Assembly: GCA_023954715.1 (NCBI GenBank)
Contig: JAGSHD010000001.1
Coordinates: 492,468 to 556,467, forward strand
Direction: 5' to 3'
Length of the DNA stretch: 64,000 bases
From: Candidatus Cloacimonadota bacterium
Lineage (GTDB): Bacteria > Muiribacteriota > UBA6191
Shown: piece after piece, positions 19,713-30,260 of the stretch
How the letters are laid out: every line of letters starts with the position of its first letter
Numbering within the stretch: position 1 is the stretch's first letter
The notes under the pieces: model-generated
Told to the model about the DNA's origin: nothing
Databases searched by the model: none
Seen by the model: only the letters and a program-made list of their open reading frames with translations
Translations under genes and position numbers: made by a program

Positions 19713-20807
19713 ATGACAAAGCAATCTCTTTTACCTGACCACTACCAAAAAATACCAGTCTATCGACCCACGGGAGTTCCTCGCGAAATCACTGAAAAAT
19801 TTGGGGAAGACCTCGTCAATTTAGCTTCCAACGAAAATCCATTGGGTCCATCTCCAAAAGCTTTACAAAAGATGCAAAGTGCATTAAAAAACTCCTTTTT
19901 ATATCCAGAACCACTCTTCAAAGGGCTTGCCTCTGCCTTGAGTCAAAAACTAAATATCTCAACTGACCATTTACATTTTGGTAATGGCATCGAAGAAATT
20001 TTAGTACATATTGCCAATGCCTTGATTCATAAAGGCGATCACGTTGTCTTAAGTAATATGACATTCCCTTTATACACTAATAATAATAAATTCAGACAAG
20101 CAAATGAATCTGTAGTCCCATTAGATAAAAACTTTGTTTATGATTTAAAATCCATCAAAAAACAAATTACAAAAGACACTAAACTGGTTTATCTGTGTAA
20201 TTCTAATAATCCTACAGGTACCTATTTTAACAAAGCTGAATTTGATAGCTTTCTTGAAGGTTTATCTCCTGATTTGATTGTTCTTTATGATGAAGCATAT
20301 TTTGAGTATGCAGATGCAGATGATTATCCAAATGGCATGGACTATCTAAATAAACATAAAAACATCATTATCACCCGGACGTTTTCAAAGTTTTACGCTC
20401 TAGCTGGACTTAGAGTTGGCTACTCTATTCAAAGACCTGATTTAACGAAAGCCTTAGATCACGTAAAGTCCCTATACTCTAACAACTTCATTGGAGAAGT
20501 TGGTGCTATAGCTGCCCTGAAGGACTTGGATCATATTAATAAGACCCAAAAAATGAACAAAGATGGTAAGGTTCAATTTTTACAAGAACTAAAAGGTTTA
20601 GATATCATCATTCATCCTACACAAGCAAACTTTTTTATGATTCAAACTAAACTAGATGCTCGTAAACTGGCAGGCGAACTACTTCAACTTGGAGTGATGG
20701 TATGCCCATTGAATGCTTTTGGTATTGAAAATGGTATCAGAGTAACAATTGGGACTAGTCAAGAGAATCAAAGTTTCTTTAAAGCTATAGGGAGTATTTT
20801 ATCATGA
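19713..20807 (+). CDS. hisC: Histidinol-phosphate aminotransferase
   Basis: LASNENPLGPSP…, YPEP, and ITRTFSKFYALAGLRVGY (PLP-lysine region) are typical of class II aminotransferase HisC. AAGGA RBS. Confidence 0.88.
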   Translation: MTKQSLLPDHYQKIPVYRPTGVPREITEKFGEDLVNLASNENPLGPSPKALQKMQSALKNSFLYPEPLFKGLASALSQKLNISTDHLHFGNGIEEILVHIANALIHKGDHVVLSNMTFPLYTNNNKFRQANESVVPLDKNFVYDLKSIKKQITKDTKLVYLCNSNNPTGTYFNKAEFDSFLEGLSPDLIVLYDEAYFEYADADDYPNGMDYLNKHKNIIITRTFSKFYALAGLRVGYSIQRPDLTKALDHVKSLYSNNFIGEVGAIAALKDLDHINKTQKMNKDGKVQFLQELKGLDIIIHPTQANFFMIQTKLDARKLAGELLQLGVMVCPLNAFGIENGIRVTIGTSQENQSFFKAIGSILS

Positions 20808-21397
20808 AGTTTTTGGAAGTGAATGAATCCCTACTGCTAAAAGACTTCTCAAAGTTCCCATCCAAAATGCTTGAAAGCTCCTTTAGAGAATATAAAGTTT
20901 CGATACAGCAAATCAACTCCTTAAGAGCAGAGTTACAAACTTTACGATCACAACAAAAATCAAACTCTAATCTATATCGTGACCGGCTAAAGAGCTTACA
21001 ATTTGAATATAGTAACTTATTTTTGTTAGAGCTTTATTTAAAAAGCTTATCCCAAATTAAATGCACTTTAAATGAACAATTAAATCAAAAAATCACTAAA
21101 AGCTACGGTTCGTTAGATTCATGGAGAAACGACTTTTACCACCTTTCTCAAAGTAGAAATACAGACTACATCGTTTTAACATACAACAAGTCGCTTGACT
21201 GTATTGAAAACCTTACACTCAAATCAGAGTCTGGATTTTCTCCAACACTTACTCCACTTTTGTGTTGTCAACTTCCAAAAACAAGTCATTCTGAGTACTT
21301 TGGTATGGATGGAACTTCATCCTTGATAGAGTCTTTTTTATATCATGCAAACTTTGATTTTGCTTCTCACAACCTACGAAAAGCGCTTGCTAAATAA
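20804..21397 (+). CDS. Fe/Mn superoxide dismutase-fold protein lacking metal ligands (putative pseudoenzyme)
   Basis: It aligns by eye along its full length with SodB (KSYGSLDSWRNDF vs ASFGSFADFKAQF; TPLLCCQL…SHSEYFGMD vs TPLLTVDVWEHAYYIDY; FLYHANFDFASHNL vs FWALVNWEFVAKNL). The His/Asp metal ligands are replaced. The ATGA overlap with hisC indicates translational coupling. Confidence 0.5.
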   Translation: MKFLEVNESLLLKDFSKFPSKMLESSFREYKVSIQQINSLRAELQTLRSQQKSNSNLYRDRLKSLQFEYSNLFLLELYLKSLSQIKCTLNEQLNQKITKSYGSLDSWRNDFYHLSQSRNTDYIVLTYNKSLDCIENLTLKSESGFSPTLTPLLCCQLPKTSHSEYFGMDGTSSLIESFLYHANFDFASHNLRKALAK

Positions 21398-21574
21398 CAA
21401 TTTGGGTTTTATTTAGTGTGAATTTTTCACAAAATATAGCTTAAGTGCTACGAATATGTTTTAAGGTCAAATTTTAGTTATTCTATTCAAAATCAAATCA
21501 TAATATAATTGTTTTCATTGACGAAAAACAAATGAAGCGCAAAAATTGCTTCATTTTATTGGACGTAGCAGTGT

Positions 21575-21598
21575 TAGCTACGAAATTATGCGTAGCTA
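21575..21598. promoter_or_regulatory. Inverted repeat TAGCTACG-n8-CGTAGCTA upstream of EAL gene (candidate operator)
   Basis: Perfect 8 bp arms located 19 nt upstream of the TTG start. A related GCTACGAA copy lies at ~21450. Confidence 0.25.
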
Positions 21599-21616
21599 TC
21601 TAACAAAGGAACTACA

Positions 21617-22900
21617 TTGAAACCTCTAAATTTTGACGAACTACCAAAAGACAATATTACTGGTTTACCTATCTTAACTGACCCTGTCATGGATCACGTT
21701 GTAAGTATTTTTAAAAAGCAACGTTCTCTTGGTATCATTTATCTAGATGTTCATAATTTAACCAAGATCGAAAGTGATTATGGGTACCAAGTTTATGACC
21801 AAGTTCAGTCTGATTTAAAAAATGCTCTAGAAAAGCTAAGAGGGAAATACCTACGAAAGCAAGATTTAGTATTAAAGCTACATAATTATGACGATTCATT
21901 CCTTATTATTCTGTCTAAAAAAAGAAATATTGGTGGTGCTAGACGAAACGACTTAGAAACAATTACTCGTCGATTGCATTCGCAAGTAAGTTCAACAATT
22001 TTCTTTGCTATTTACAAATGGATCAAACAAAAACCTAAACTACGAATCGGATATTCATTTATTGTAAATAATGGTCTTTTAAACCCACAACGGATGATCT
22101 ATAGAGCTATAGATGAAGCTCGTCTAATGTCGAGTTTTCATATCTATAACACCGAGATCAGATACAAAGAGACCTTACAACAAATCATACTAGATGAAGA
22201 TATTCAAAGCGTATATCAGCCAATCATTCATACTAAAACGGGAGAAATATTCTCTTACGAAGCGTTAAGTAGAGGGCCTAAAGACAGTGAGTTTTTTAAT
22301 CCACTGTTTTTATTTGAAATAGCAAAAGAAAGTGATTTATTGTTTGAACTAGATAATGTTTGTAGAAAAAAAGCTGTAGATAACGCTGTAAAACTCGACC
22401 CAAATCTAAAGCTTTTTATTAATGCCCTTCCTTCCACAATCCACGAAACTTATTTCAGAGAAGAGTACCTAAAAGAGTTTTTAACCAAATATAACCTACA
22501 ACCACATAATCTTGTATTTGAGATAACTGAAAGTTTAGCAATCCAAAACTACGAAATGTTCATGGAAGACATCAGAAAATATACAGATGAAGGTTACGAA
22601 ATCGCTTTAGATGACACAGGTACTGGATATTCTAGTTTTGAAACCATCTTAAAAATCAAACCTCATTATATCAAAATTGATATTTCTATGGTTCGTAACG
22701 TAGATACAGACCCATTAAAACAAACTATGATCGAGGCACTGGTTAATATCGCTGAATCCATTGGTGCAAGAACAATCGCTGAAGGGATTGAAACTGTCAC
22801 TGAATACGAAGAAATTATAAAGCTAGGTGTTGACTTCTCTCAAGGTTATTTATTTGCAAAGCCATCTTCACCCTTTCCAGATGTTGATGTGTTTGTTTAA
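21617..22900 (+). CDS. Degenerate-GGDEF / EAL-domain protein (probable c-di-GMP phosphodiesterase)
   Basis: EAL motifs: QPIIHTKTGEIFSYEALSRGP and DDTGTGYSSF. The N-terminal domain is GGDEF-like with NYDDSF in place of GG(D/E)EF. TTG start 8 nt after AAAGGA. Confidence 0.8.
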   Translation: MKPLNFDELPKDNITGLPILTDPVMDHVVSIFKKQRSLGIIYLDVHNLTKIESDYGYQVYDQVQSDLKNALEKLRGKYLRKQDLVLKLHNYDDSFLIILSKKRNIGGARRNDLETITRRLHSQVSSTIFFAIYKWIKQKPKLRIGYSFIVNNGLLNPQRMIYRAIDEARLMSSFHIYNTEIRYKETLQQIILDEDIQSVYQPIIHTKTGEIFSYEALSRGPKDSEFFNPLFLFEIAKESDLLFELDNVCRKKAVDNAVKLDPNLKLFINALPSTIHETYFREEYLKEFLTKYNLQPHNLVFEITESLAIQNYEMFMEDIRKYTDEGYEIALDDTGTGYSSFETILKIKPHYIKIDISMVRNVDTDPLKQTMIEALVNIAESIGARTIAEGIETVTEYEEIIKLGVDFSQGYLFAKPSSPFPDVDVFV

Positions 22901-22922
22901 ACATAGTTTAAAATCGGCCAGC

Positions 22923-25900
22923 TTAGGGCTGTGACAAATAATTGTTTAACTCAGCGATGGAAGCCTCTATTGTATCTTTTAATAAAACCACTTGATCTTG
23001 GGCTCCATCAAACGATTGATTAGTGCCTAGAGTTTCTAGTTCAAAAGCTATGTTTGCTGCTTTCTCTAAATATAAATTTGCTAATGCTCCTTTAACTGCA
23101 TGACTTGAAGATTTCAAACTTTTTGAATCCTTACTTGAAATTGCTATAGCAATAGCATCAATATACTGCAAGTAGTCGTCATTGAAGATTTCTACAATCT
23201 CAGAAAACACCTCAATTATATCTCCATATTGTTCTTGAATTTTATCCTTATTAAAGTAGACTTCACTAACAGACTTTATCTCAATAGTTGACTTAGGAGT
23301 AACACTTGAATCAACTCGTTTCAATGCACTGATTAAATCATTTAAGATAATAGGTTTAGCCACAAAGTCATCCATACCTACTTTTAAATAGCTATCTTGA
23401 TCTTCTTTTTGAACGTTGGCTGTCATAGCTATTATTCTAGGTCGCATTGGTCCATAGTTTTCAATAATGTTTTTGGTTGTTTCTACACCATCCATTCTAG
23501 GCATTTGTAAATCCATCAAAATCAAATCATACTGCTTTATTTTTAAGAACTCTATTGCTTCTACACCATCTTCAGCTATATCTATTGTGTAACCCAGCTT
23601 GAGTAAAAACTGTTGAATAACCTTTTGATTCACCCTATTATCTTCTGCAACTAATATTTTTAAAGGTAATTGCGTAGCTAGACTCTCATCAAATAAACTT
23701 TTACTTTCATTGACTTCCACTACCGTTACGTCCGATTTTTCTAGTTCAATAGTAAAGCAAAATTTTGAACCATTATTAATCTCACTTTCAATCCAGATTG
23801 TACCATTCATTAGCTCCACTAAGTTTTTACAAATTGCTAAACCAAGACCGGTTCCTCCATACTTTTTAGCGATAGATTCATCCACTTGGGCATAAGCATT
23901 AAATAACTTATCTTGATCTGCTTTATCTATACCAATACCTTGATCAATAACTTCAAAGTATAGTTCATTTTGATTATTATCCTGCGATCGTACAGACGTA
24001 TTTAAAACAACTTTACCCTGCTCTGTAAATTTCACTGCATTGCTCAATAGATTAATTAAAACTTGAGATACTCTGTTTGAATCTCCTAAATATGTGCCTA
24101 AAATATCATCACTAATATTATATTCAATATTCAATCCCTTTGCTTTTGCTTTTTGAGAAAACAAAGAAACTGAATAGAAGATGCATTCACTAAGGTCAAA
24201 CGGTACAATATTTAAATCTAACTTACCCGCTTCAACCTTTGAAAGATCCAATATATCATTTAATATAACCATCATGCTGTTAGAGCACTCTCGAATAATC
24301 TTTAACCATTGATCTTGGTCTTGTGTAACTTGTGTATCTTCTAAAAGGGTTAGTACTCCTAACACCCCATTCATCGGAGTACGAATTTCGTGAGACATAT
24401 TCGCTAAGAATCTAGTTTTAATCTGTGCTAACTCCTCAACTTTTTTAGTAGCTATCTCCATTTCATTTTGAATATTTTTCTTTTCTGTAATATCTGATCG
24501 TATGGAGACATAATTAACTACTTTACCTTCTTTATCTCTATAAGCAACAATAGTAGAAAATACCCAGTAAACAGTACCATCTTTTGCCTTATTAGCAATT
24601 TCTCCCGTCCAAACTTTTCCCGCTGATACAGTCTCCCATAGATTTTTAAAAAATACATCATCCTGAATCCCGGTACTTTCCATTCTGTGAGTTTGACCAA
24701 TCCACTCCTCTCTAGAATATTGAGTCTGTTTTAAAAATACATCATTTACGTATACTATCTTACCATCGGCATCTGTAATTGATACGGCAGAATGTTGATT
24801 GAGTGCAAAATTTTGTAGTTGTATCTCTTGAGCATATCTAGCATTTTGTATTGACTCAGACTCTAACTTTTCTTTTTCAACAGATAACTCTTGGGTTTTA
24901 CCATCAACGATATTGTGCAATTCAGAAGCATATCTTTGATAAAAATATAAAATCACAAGAAACATAATACATAAAGTCAGTAAGAGGCAAAGTACAACCG
25001 TTTTGATCTTACCAAACTTTGAGAAGGCTTCTTTTTTATCTATTTCGGTAGTGACTCCAATCTCTAGATCTTCATCCCAAAAATAGCTCCCTAAAACAAT
25101 AACCCCTCGATAATCTCTATAACCATCTAAATTTGTTTTAATTTGATCTTTATCCGGAGCATTTAAAACTTCATTTGCCATAAAAGTTAATGGCAGATTT
25201 TTGACTACTCTAGGATTATCATACTTCGTCAAATCAATCCCAGGGTCACTAATTTTTATATTTAGGATTTCTGAAGCATCATGCGCTAACATCTTTAAAT
25301 GCTTTAACTGATCCGTAAATCTACTCTCGCTAATCAACCACCCATCTTTATTAATGGCATAGGTTTCTCCCGACTCTCCTATTCTTCCGCGCTTTAAAAT
25401 TTTTGTAAAGGTTTTACTCATATCAATCCGAAAGCACAACGCTGCGATTATATTGCCTGCTTTATTACGGATAGGAGCACCAGAAAATAGACTTACATTA
25501 AAAACAGAGTGTAATTCTACCTCACTTTTTATTGGTGTACTTAAAATGGTTTTTCCGTTCCATATTTTCTCAAAAAAGCTTGCTTGACTCTTTAATAAAT
25601 TTACCACACCAATATTAGAGTCTCTTGAGGAGCTTCTATTCAAACAATCCCTTCCAACAATAAAGTAGCCCTTATACTCATATATATTTAAAATCGGTAA
25701 CAAATGGCTTCGTATTTTTTGTTGCAATGGATGATCAACTAATTCAGATTTTGAAACTTCTAAAAGTTCGGGTACTACTTTTTTTAGCTCTTCATACTCT
25801 GACCAAACTCTTACAGTGGCCAATTGCTCAGCTTTCCAGTTATCTAAAGCTTCATCGGTTGTGTTTAAAATTACTTCCAAACTAGATCGAATTGTCTCAT

Positions 25901-26012
25901 TCTCATATCGAACAATCTGTTTAATAATACCTACGGTAACAATCGTAAATATACTAATAACTAATATATTAAGCGCTATGCTTTTGTGACTTTTGAAATA
26001 TTTAAAGCTCAT
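22923..26012 (-). CDS. Hybrid sensor histidine kinase / response regulator with C-terminal Hpt domain
   Basis: N-terminal TM segment followed by a periplasmic sensor region and a second TM. PAS-like region. H-box MSHEIRTPMNGV. HATPase N and G boxes (LLSNAVKFT, DQGIGI, GTGLGLAICK). Receiver domain (ILVAEDNRVNQ…LILMDLQMPRMDG). Hpt motif SSHAVKGALANL. Confidence 0.9.
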   Translation of the reverse strand: MSFKYFKSHKSIALNILVISIFTIVTVGIIKQIVRYENETIRSSLEVILNTTDEALDNWKAEQLATVRVWSEYEELKKVVPELLEVSKSELVDHPLQQKIRSHLLPILNIYEYKGYFIVGRDCLNRSSSRDSNIGVVNLLKSQASFFEKIWNGKTILSTPIKSEVELHSVFNVSLFSGAPIRNKAGNIIAALCFRIDMSKTFTKILKRGRIGESGETYAINKDGWLISESRFTDQLKHLKMLAHDASEILNIKISDPGIDLTKYDNPRVVKNLPLTFMANEVLNAPDKDQIKTNLDGYRDYRGVIVLGSYFWDEDLEIGVTTEIDKKEAFSKFGKIKTVVLCLLLTLCIMFLVILYFYQRYASELHNIVDGKTQELSVEKEKLESESIQNARYAQEIQLQNFALNQHSAVSITDADGKIVYVNDVFLKQTQYSREEWIGQTHRMESTGIQDDVFFKNLWETVSAGKVWTGEIANKAKDGTVYWVFSTIVAYRDKEGKVVNYVSIRSDITEKKNIQNEMEIATKKVEELAQIKTRFLANMSHEIRTPMNGVLGVLTLLEDTQVTQDQDQWLKIIRECSNSMMVILNDILDLSKVEAGKLDLNIVPFDLSECIFYSVSLFSQKAKAKGLNIEYNISDDILGTYLGDSNRVSQVLINLLSNAVKFTEQGKVVLNTSVRSQDNNQNELYFEVIDQGIGIDKADQDKLFNAYAQVDESIAKKYGGTGLGLAICKNLVELMNGTIWIESEINNGSKFCFTIELEKSDVTVVEVNESKSLFDESLATQLPLKILVAEDNRVNQKVIQQFLLKLGYTIDIAEDGVEAIEFLKIKQYDLILMDLQMPRMDGVETTKNIIENYGPMRPRIIAMTANVQKEDQDSYLKVGMDDFVAKPIILNDLISALKRVDSSVTPKSTIEIKSVSEVYFNKDKIQEQYGDIIEVFSEIVEIFNDDYLQYIDAIAIAISSKDSKSLKSSSHAVKGALANLYLEKAANIAFELETLGTNQSFDGAQDQVVLLKDTIEASIAELNNYLSQP

Positions 26013-26239
26013 ATATGATTTTCACTTGTAAAAATGAGAACACTTAAACACATTTGTAATTTTCAATCATTGATCATCGTTCTACTAAAAATACGGATTA
26101 TATAGTAAAGAATCCAATACGATAAAAAAATAGCTTAAAAGTACAAGCTTATTTTATACAAAGCTCTCTACAATTTCATCATTTTTCGACAAATATTTTA
26201 CCTTATATTTGAATATTCAAAAGTTTACAATCAATTTAT

Positions 26240-26260
26240 TTAAGTGCTCAAGGCACTTAA
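26240..26260. promoter_or_regulatory. Perfect palindrome TTAAGTGC-tcaag-GCACTTAA in glgP / sensor-kinase divergent intergenic region
   Basis: 8 bp arms with a 5 nt spacer, inside a 500 bp AT-rich intergenic region. The TTAAGTGC half-site recurs at ~21452. Confidence 0.25.
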
Positions 26261-26512
26261 TCCTATTTCTAGATCGACTCGATACAAAAACTCTTGTATT
26301 GTGAAACTTATGTCAGTATAATTCGCTCAATTATGATGGCTAGGACTATTGATTAAGCATTTTATGCAAATTTGACTTGTGATCTCACTATTTACTCAAT
26401 TCTATGAACTAAGAATATTCAATTTGGATCAGCATCACTACAGATAATACATAAACATGATTGTGCCATTTATTCATCACAATCAACTTATACTATTAAA
26501 GGAGTTTTCTTC

Positions 26513-28966
26513 ATGGGAAATTCATACAAAGAAGAAAGTTTAACTAAATCTTACAACAAACATCTGAAATATACTCGTGCATCTAATTCATACACAACCG
26601 ATCCTTTAGAAAAATATTATACTATGGCACTAGCTATAAGAGACCGTGTCATTAATCGATGGATGGATACTCAAAGTACCTATTATAAAGAAAACCCTAA
26701 AAGAGCATACTACCTTTCTTTAGAATATCTAATGGGAAGACTTTTTGAAAATAATATGATGAACCTTGGCCTAGAAAAAGAGATCCAAAAAGCTTGTGAA
26801 GAGTTGGGCCTCAGTGTTGAAGACCTAATAGATCAAGAAGTAGATGCAGGACTAGGCAATGGTGGACTAGGACGTTTAGCTGCTTGCTTTTTAGACTCCC
26901 TTGCCACACTAAACTACCCAGCAATTGGCTATGGCATTCGTTACGATTTTGGTATTTTTCGCCAAGAGATTCGAGATGGAAAGCAATGTGAAGAGCCAGA
27001 TACATGGCTTAAAAATGGAAACCCATGGGAGATCCCTAACCCACATCATGTAACAACGATCAATTTTGGCGGTTCTATAGTTAAACGACATAAAACAAAC
27101 CAATATGACTGGGTTGATACAGAGCAAGTTTTAGCCTTACCTTATGATACGCCTATTGTTGGATATAAAAATAACTGTGTCAACACACTAAGACTTTGGT
27201 CTGCAACATCAACTGAAGAGTTTGACCTTGAAGGTTTTAATGATGGCGATTATTTCAAAGCTGTACAAAAGAAAAACGAAGCTGAACGAATTTCAAAAGT
27301 TTTATACCCAAATGATAATAATTATGAGGGGAAAGAACTTCGGTTCAAGCAACAGTATTTCTTTGTTTCAGCCTCTGTGCAAGATATCGTAAGACGATAT
27401 AAAAAAACACATGACAACTTTGATCAGTTTGGTTCTAAGATTGCAATTCAGCTAAATGATACACACCCTGCTTTAACTGTTTTAGAGTTAATGAGACTAT
27501 TAATCGATGATGAAGGATTAGATTGGGATAAGGCATGGGAGATTACACAACAAGTTTGTGCCTACACAAATCATACCCTACTCCCAGAAGCATTAGAAAA
27601 GTGGAGTATTGATTTTTTTGAGCGTATTTTACCACGACACTTAATTATTCTTTTTGAAATCAATCGTATATTTTTACGAGATGTTTCTATTAAGTTTCAT
27701 GGTGATCAACAAAAGATTATCGATATGTCATTAATCCAAGAAACACCTGATAAAGCTGTTCGAATGGCATATTTATCTATTGTTGGTAGTCACTCTACCA
27801 ATGGCGTAGCGGCACTCCACTCTGAGCTCCTTAAAAAAGATCTTTTAAAGGATTTTGCCGAGCTCTACCCACAAAGGTTTAACAACAAAACAAATGGAGT
27901 AACCCCAAGAAGATGGGTACACATGTGTAACCCTGATTTATCTAGATTTATCTCTTCTAAAATAGGAGAAGATTGGGTTAAAGATCTAGACAAGCTGCAA
28001 GAGCTTGAAAAACTAACAAAAGATAAAAAAGCTTTAAAAGAGCTAGCTGCTATCAAGCAGATTAACAAAAACAAGTTAGTTAAAATTATAAAAAAGGATA
28101 ATGACTTAGATATTGATCCAAACTCTTTGTTTGATGTACAAATTAAAAGAATTCACGAATACAAAAGACAGTTTTTATGTTTATTACATTCTGTTATTTT
28201 ATATAACAGACTTAAAAAAGATCCATCATTTGATATGGAACCTATGACAGTTATCTTTGGTGGAAAAGCAGCCCCTGGTTACTTTATGGCTAAGTTATGG
28301 ATTAAATTGATCAACTCTGTTGCTGATTTCGTAAATAATGATCCCGATACAAATCATAAGTTAAAAGTAGTTTTTGTCAAAAACTACCGAGTATCTCTTG
28401 CTGAAAGATTATTCCCAGCTAGTGATTTAAGTGAACAAATTTCAACAGCCGGTATGGAGGCTTCTGGTACAGGAAACATGAAGTTTGCCCTTAACGGTGC
28501 GTTAACTATTGGTACAATGGATGGTGCAAACGTTGAAATGGCCGAAGAAATTGGCGAAGAAAACATGTTTATTTTTGGGCTTCGAGAAGAAGAAGTAGAA
28601 GAATACCGTAAAAACGACTCCTACTCTCCTTGGGATATATATAATTCCAATACAGAAATTCGTGAAGCTATTGATCTTATCTCAAGTGGTTTTTTCTCTC
28701 CTGAAGATCCAAACTTGTTTGAACCAATCATTCATTCTTTGTTACAAAAGGGAGATTATTACTTCGTTTTAAGAGATTTAGAAGATTACGATCGAGCAAA
28801 GATGGAAGCAAATTCTCTCTTTAAAAACAAAGGGGAATGGCATAGAAGAGCATTAATTAATATTGCTAATATGGGTAAATTTTCATCAGATCGTACCATT
28901 CGAAACTACGCTGAAGAAATTTGGGATATCAAACCTGTCGAGGTTCAAATCGGAGCTAGTAACTAG
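26513..28966 (+). CDS. glgP: Glycogen/maltodextrin phosphorylase
   Basis: Pyridoxal-phosphate site EASGTGNMKFALNGALTIGTMDGANVEM. 817 aa. AAGGAG RBS. Confidence 0.93.
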   Translation: MGNSYKEESLTKSYNKHLKYTRASNSYTTDPLEKYYTMALAIRDRVINRWMDTQSTYYKENPKRAYYLSLEYLMGRLFENNMMNLGLEKEIQKACEELGLSVEDLIDQEVDAGLGNGGLGRLAACFLDSLATLNYPAIGYGIRYDFGIFRQEIRDGKQCEEPDTWLKNGNPWEIPNPHHVTTINFGGSIVKRHKTNQYDWVDTEQVLALPYDTPIVGYKNNCVNTLRLWSATSTEEFDLEGFNDGDYFKAVQKKNEAERISKVLYPNDNNYEGKELRFKQQYFFVSASVQDIVRRYKKTHDNFDQFGSKIAIQLNDTHPALTVLELMRLLIDDEGLDWDKAWEITQQVCAYTNHTLLPEALEKWSIDFFERILPRHLIILFEINRIFLRDVSIKFHGDQQKIIDMSLIQETPDKAVRMAYLSIVGSHSTNGVAALHSELLKKDLLKDFAELYPQRFNNKTNGVTPRRWVHMCNPDLSRFISSKIGEDWVKDLDKLQELEKLTKDKKALKELAAIKQINKNKLVKIIKKDNDLDIDPNSLFDVQIKRIHEYKRQFLCLLHSVILYNRLKKDPSFDMEPMTVIFGGKAAPGYFMAKLWIKLINSVADFVNNDPDTNHKLKVVFVKNYRVSLAERLFPASDLSEQISTAGMEASGTGNMKFALNGALTIGTMDGANVEMAEEIGEENMFIFGLREEEVEEYRKNDSYSPWDIYNSNTEIREAIDLISSGFFSPEDPNLFEPIIHSLLQKGDYYFVLRDLEDYDRAKMEANSLFKNKGEWHRRALINIANMGKFSSDRTIRNYAEEIWDIKPVEVQIGASN

Positions 28967-29016
28967 CTTTAATAAACTTAGTAGTTCAATTTTTATTGAA
29001 CTACTTCTAAGTAAAC

Positions 29017-29056
29017 TAAAAAAGCCATTCATCAACTTTGATGAATGGCTTTTTTA
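29017..29056. terminator. Bidirectional rho-independent terminator
   Basis: AAAAA-AGCCATTCATCAA-ctt-TTGATGAATGGCT-TTTTT between the convergent glgP (+) and map (-) genes. Confidence 0.7.
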
Positions 29057-29073
29057 ATTGTGGTAGTTTTACT

Positions 29074-29889
29074 TTACTTTTTGAGTGTATCTGGTAATTT
29101 TCCCCATAATTCTTCATTATGAGTTAAAACTTCTACTCCGGTTTCAGTTACAAGCATTGTATGCTCAAATTGAGCTGAGTTTTTACCATCGACAGTAGTC
29201 ACCGTCCATCCATCGGACTCATCTAAAATAGTCTTATATTTACCTAAATTAACCATAGGCTCAATTGTAAAAATCATACCTGGCATTAGCTTTTCACCAC
29301 GATTTGGTCTTCCATAATGTAATACAGTTGGAGCTTCATGGAACTCGATACCTACTCCATGTCCTGTGTAATCTCTAACAACAGAGTAACCTTTCTTTTC
29401 AACGAATTTTTGAATCTTAAAGCCGATGTTTGATAGTCTATTGCCGGGGAAAACTTGCTCGATACCTTTAAAAGTTGCATCAAAAGTAGTTTGAATCAAT
29501 TTTTCATTTTCTTCACTAATTTCTCCGCAAGGAAAAGTATAATTAGTATCACCAAAGTAACCATCTAAGATAGGAGTTACATCTAAATTAACGATATCGC
29601 CTTCTTGCAAGACTCTCTCTGAAGGAATCCCATGACAAATTACATCATTAACAGATATACATAATGACTTAGGAAAGCCATGATAGCCTAATGGAGCAGG
29701 CACAGCACCATGATCTAAGGTAAACTCATAACATAATTCATCGATAGAGTTTGTAGTTACGCCTGGTTTGATAAAATCTTTAAGATATACCAATGTTTTT
29801 GATGCTAATGCCGAGCTTTTCCGAATTCCTTCTATTTGCTCTGCGTTTTTAATATATATACCGGATCTTGTTTTTTTAGTTCTAGCCAT
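29074..29889 (-). CDS. map: Type I methionine aminopeptidase
   Basis: Conserved MAP-I metal-ligand regions (…DIVNLDVT…, HGIGIEFHE, FTIEPM). There is a short basic N-terminal extension, MARTKKTRSG. Confidence 0.92.
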   Translation of the reverse strand: MARTKKTRSGIYIKNAEQIEGIRKSSALASKTLVYLKDFIKPGVTTNSIDELCYEFTLDHGAVPAPLGYHGFPKSLCISVNDVICHGIPSERVLQEGDIVNLDVTPILDGYFGDTNYTFPCGEISEENEKLIQTTFDATFKGIEQVFPGNRLSNIGFKIQKFVEKKGYSVVRDYTGHGVGIEFHEAPTVLHYGRPNRGEKLMPGMIFTIEPMVNLGKYKTILDESDGWTVTTVDGKNSAQFEHTMLVTETGVEVLTHNEELWGKLPDTLKK

Positions 29890-30260
29890 GTTTTCCTCTA
29901 TAGAAATATTTATTATTCAATTAGTACTCTAGTTTTATCCTAAACTTTTAAATGTCTTTTGTTTGCAATAAGTAGTGTACTACACAATATATATACCAAT
30001 TTATTTACTATATGAAAATAGAATTGTCTGTTTGAGCCATCAAATACACTGTCTTTTTACAATATATGACCGTTTTTTGCGAAAATTACACAAAAGTTTT
30101 TAGTTTTTTACAATTCTTGTGGCTTAAATGATAGAATCGGAAAAAATCTATTGAAAAATAAATGTAATTTTTTTTATTTTCATGCAACTTTTGATCAAAA
30201 TATCAGTAGTTATTTCAAGTATGTATTTTATTTAAACTAAACTTTAAGGAGAGCTATACA

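Noticed and set aside
22255-28566. Assorted 60-72 aa antisense ORFs within the EAL, sensor-kinase and glgP genes
   Set aside because: All lie inside strongly supported longer genes on the opposite strand.
29074-29889. Possible unusual N-terminal extension of methionine aminopeptidase
   Set aside because: A short basic extension (MARTKKTRSG…) is within normal variation for MAP type I. It could also reflect a slightly early start call, and it is not noteworthy.
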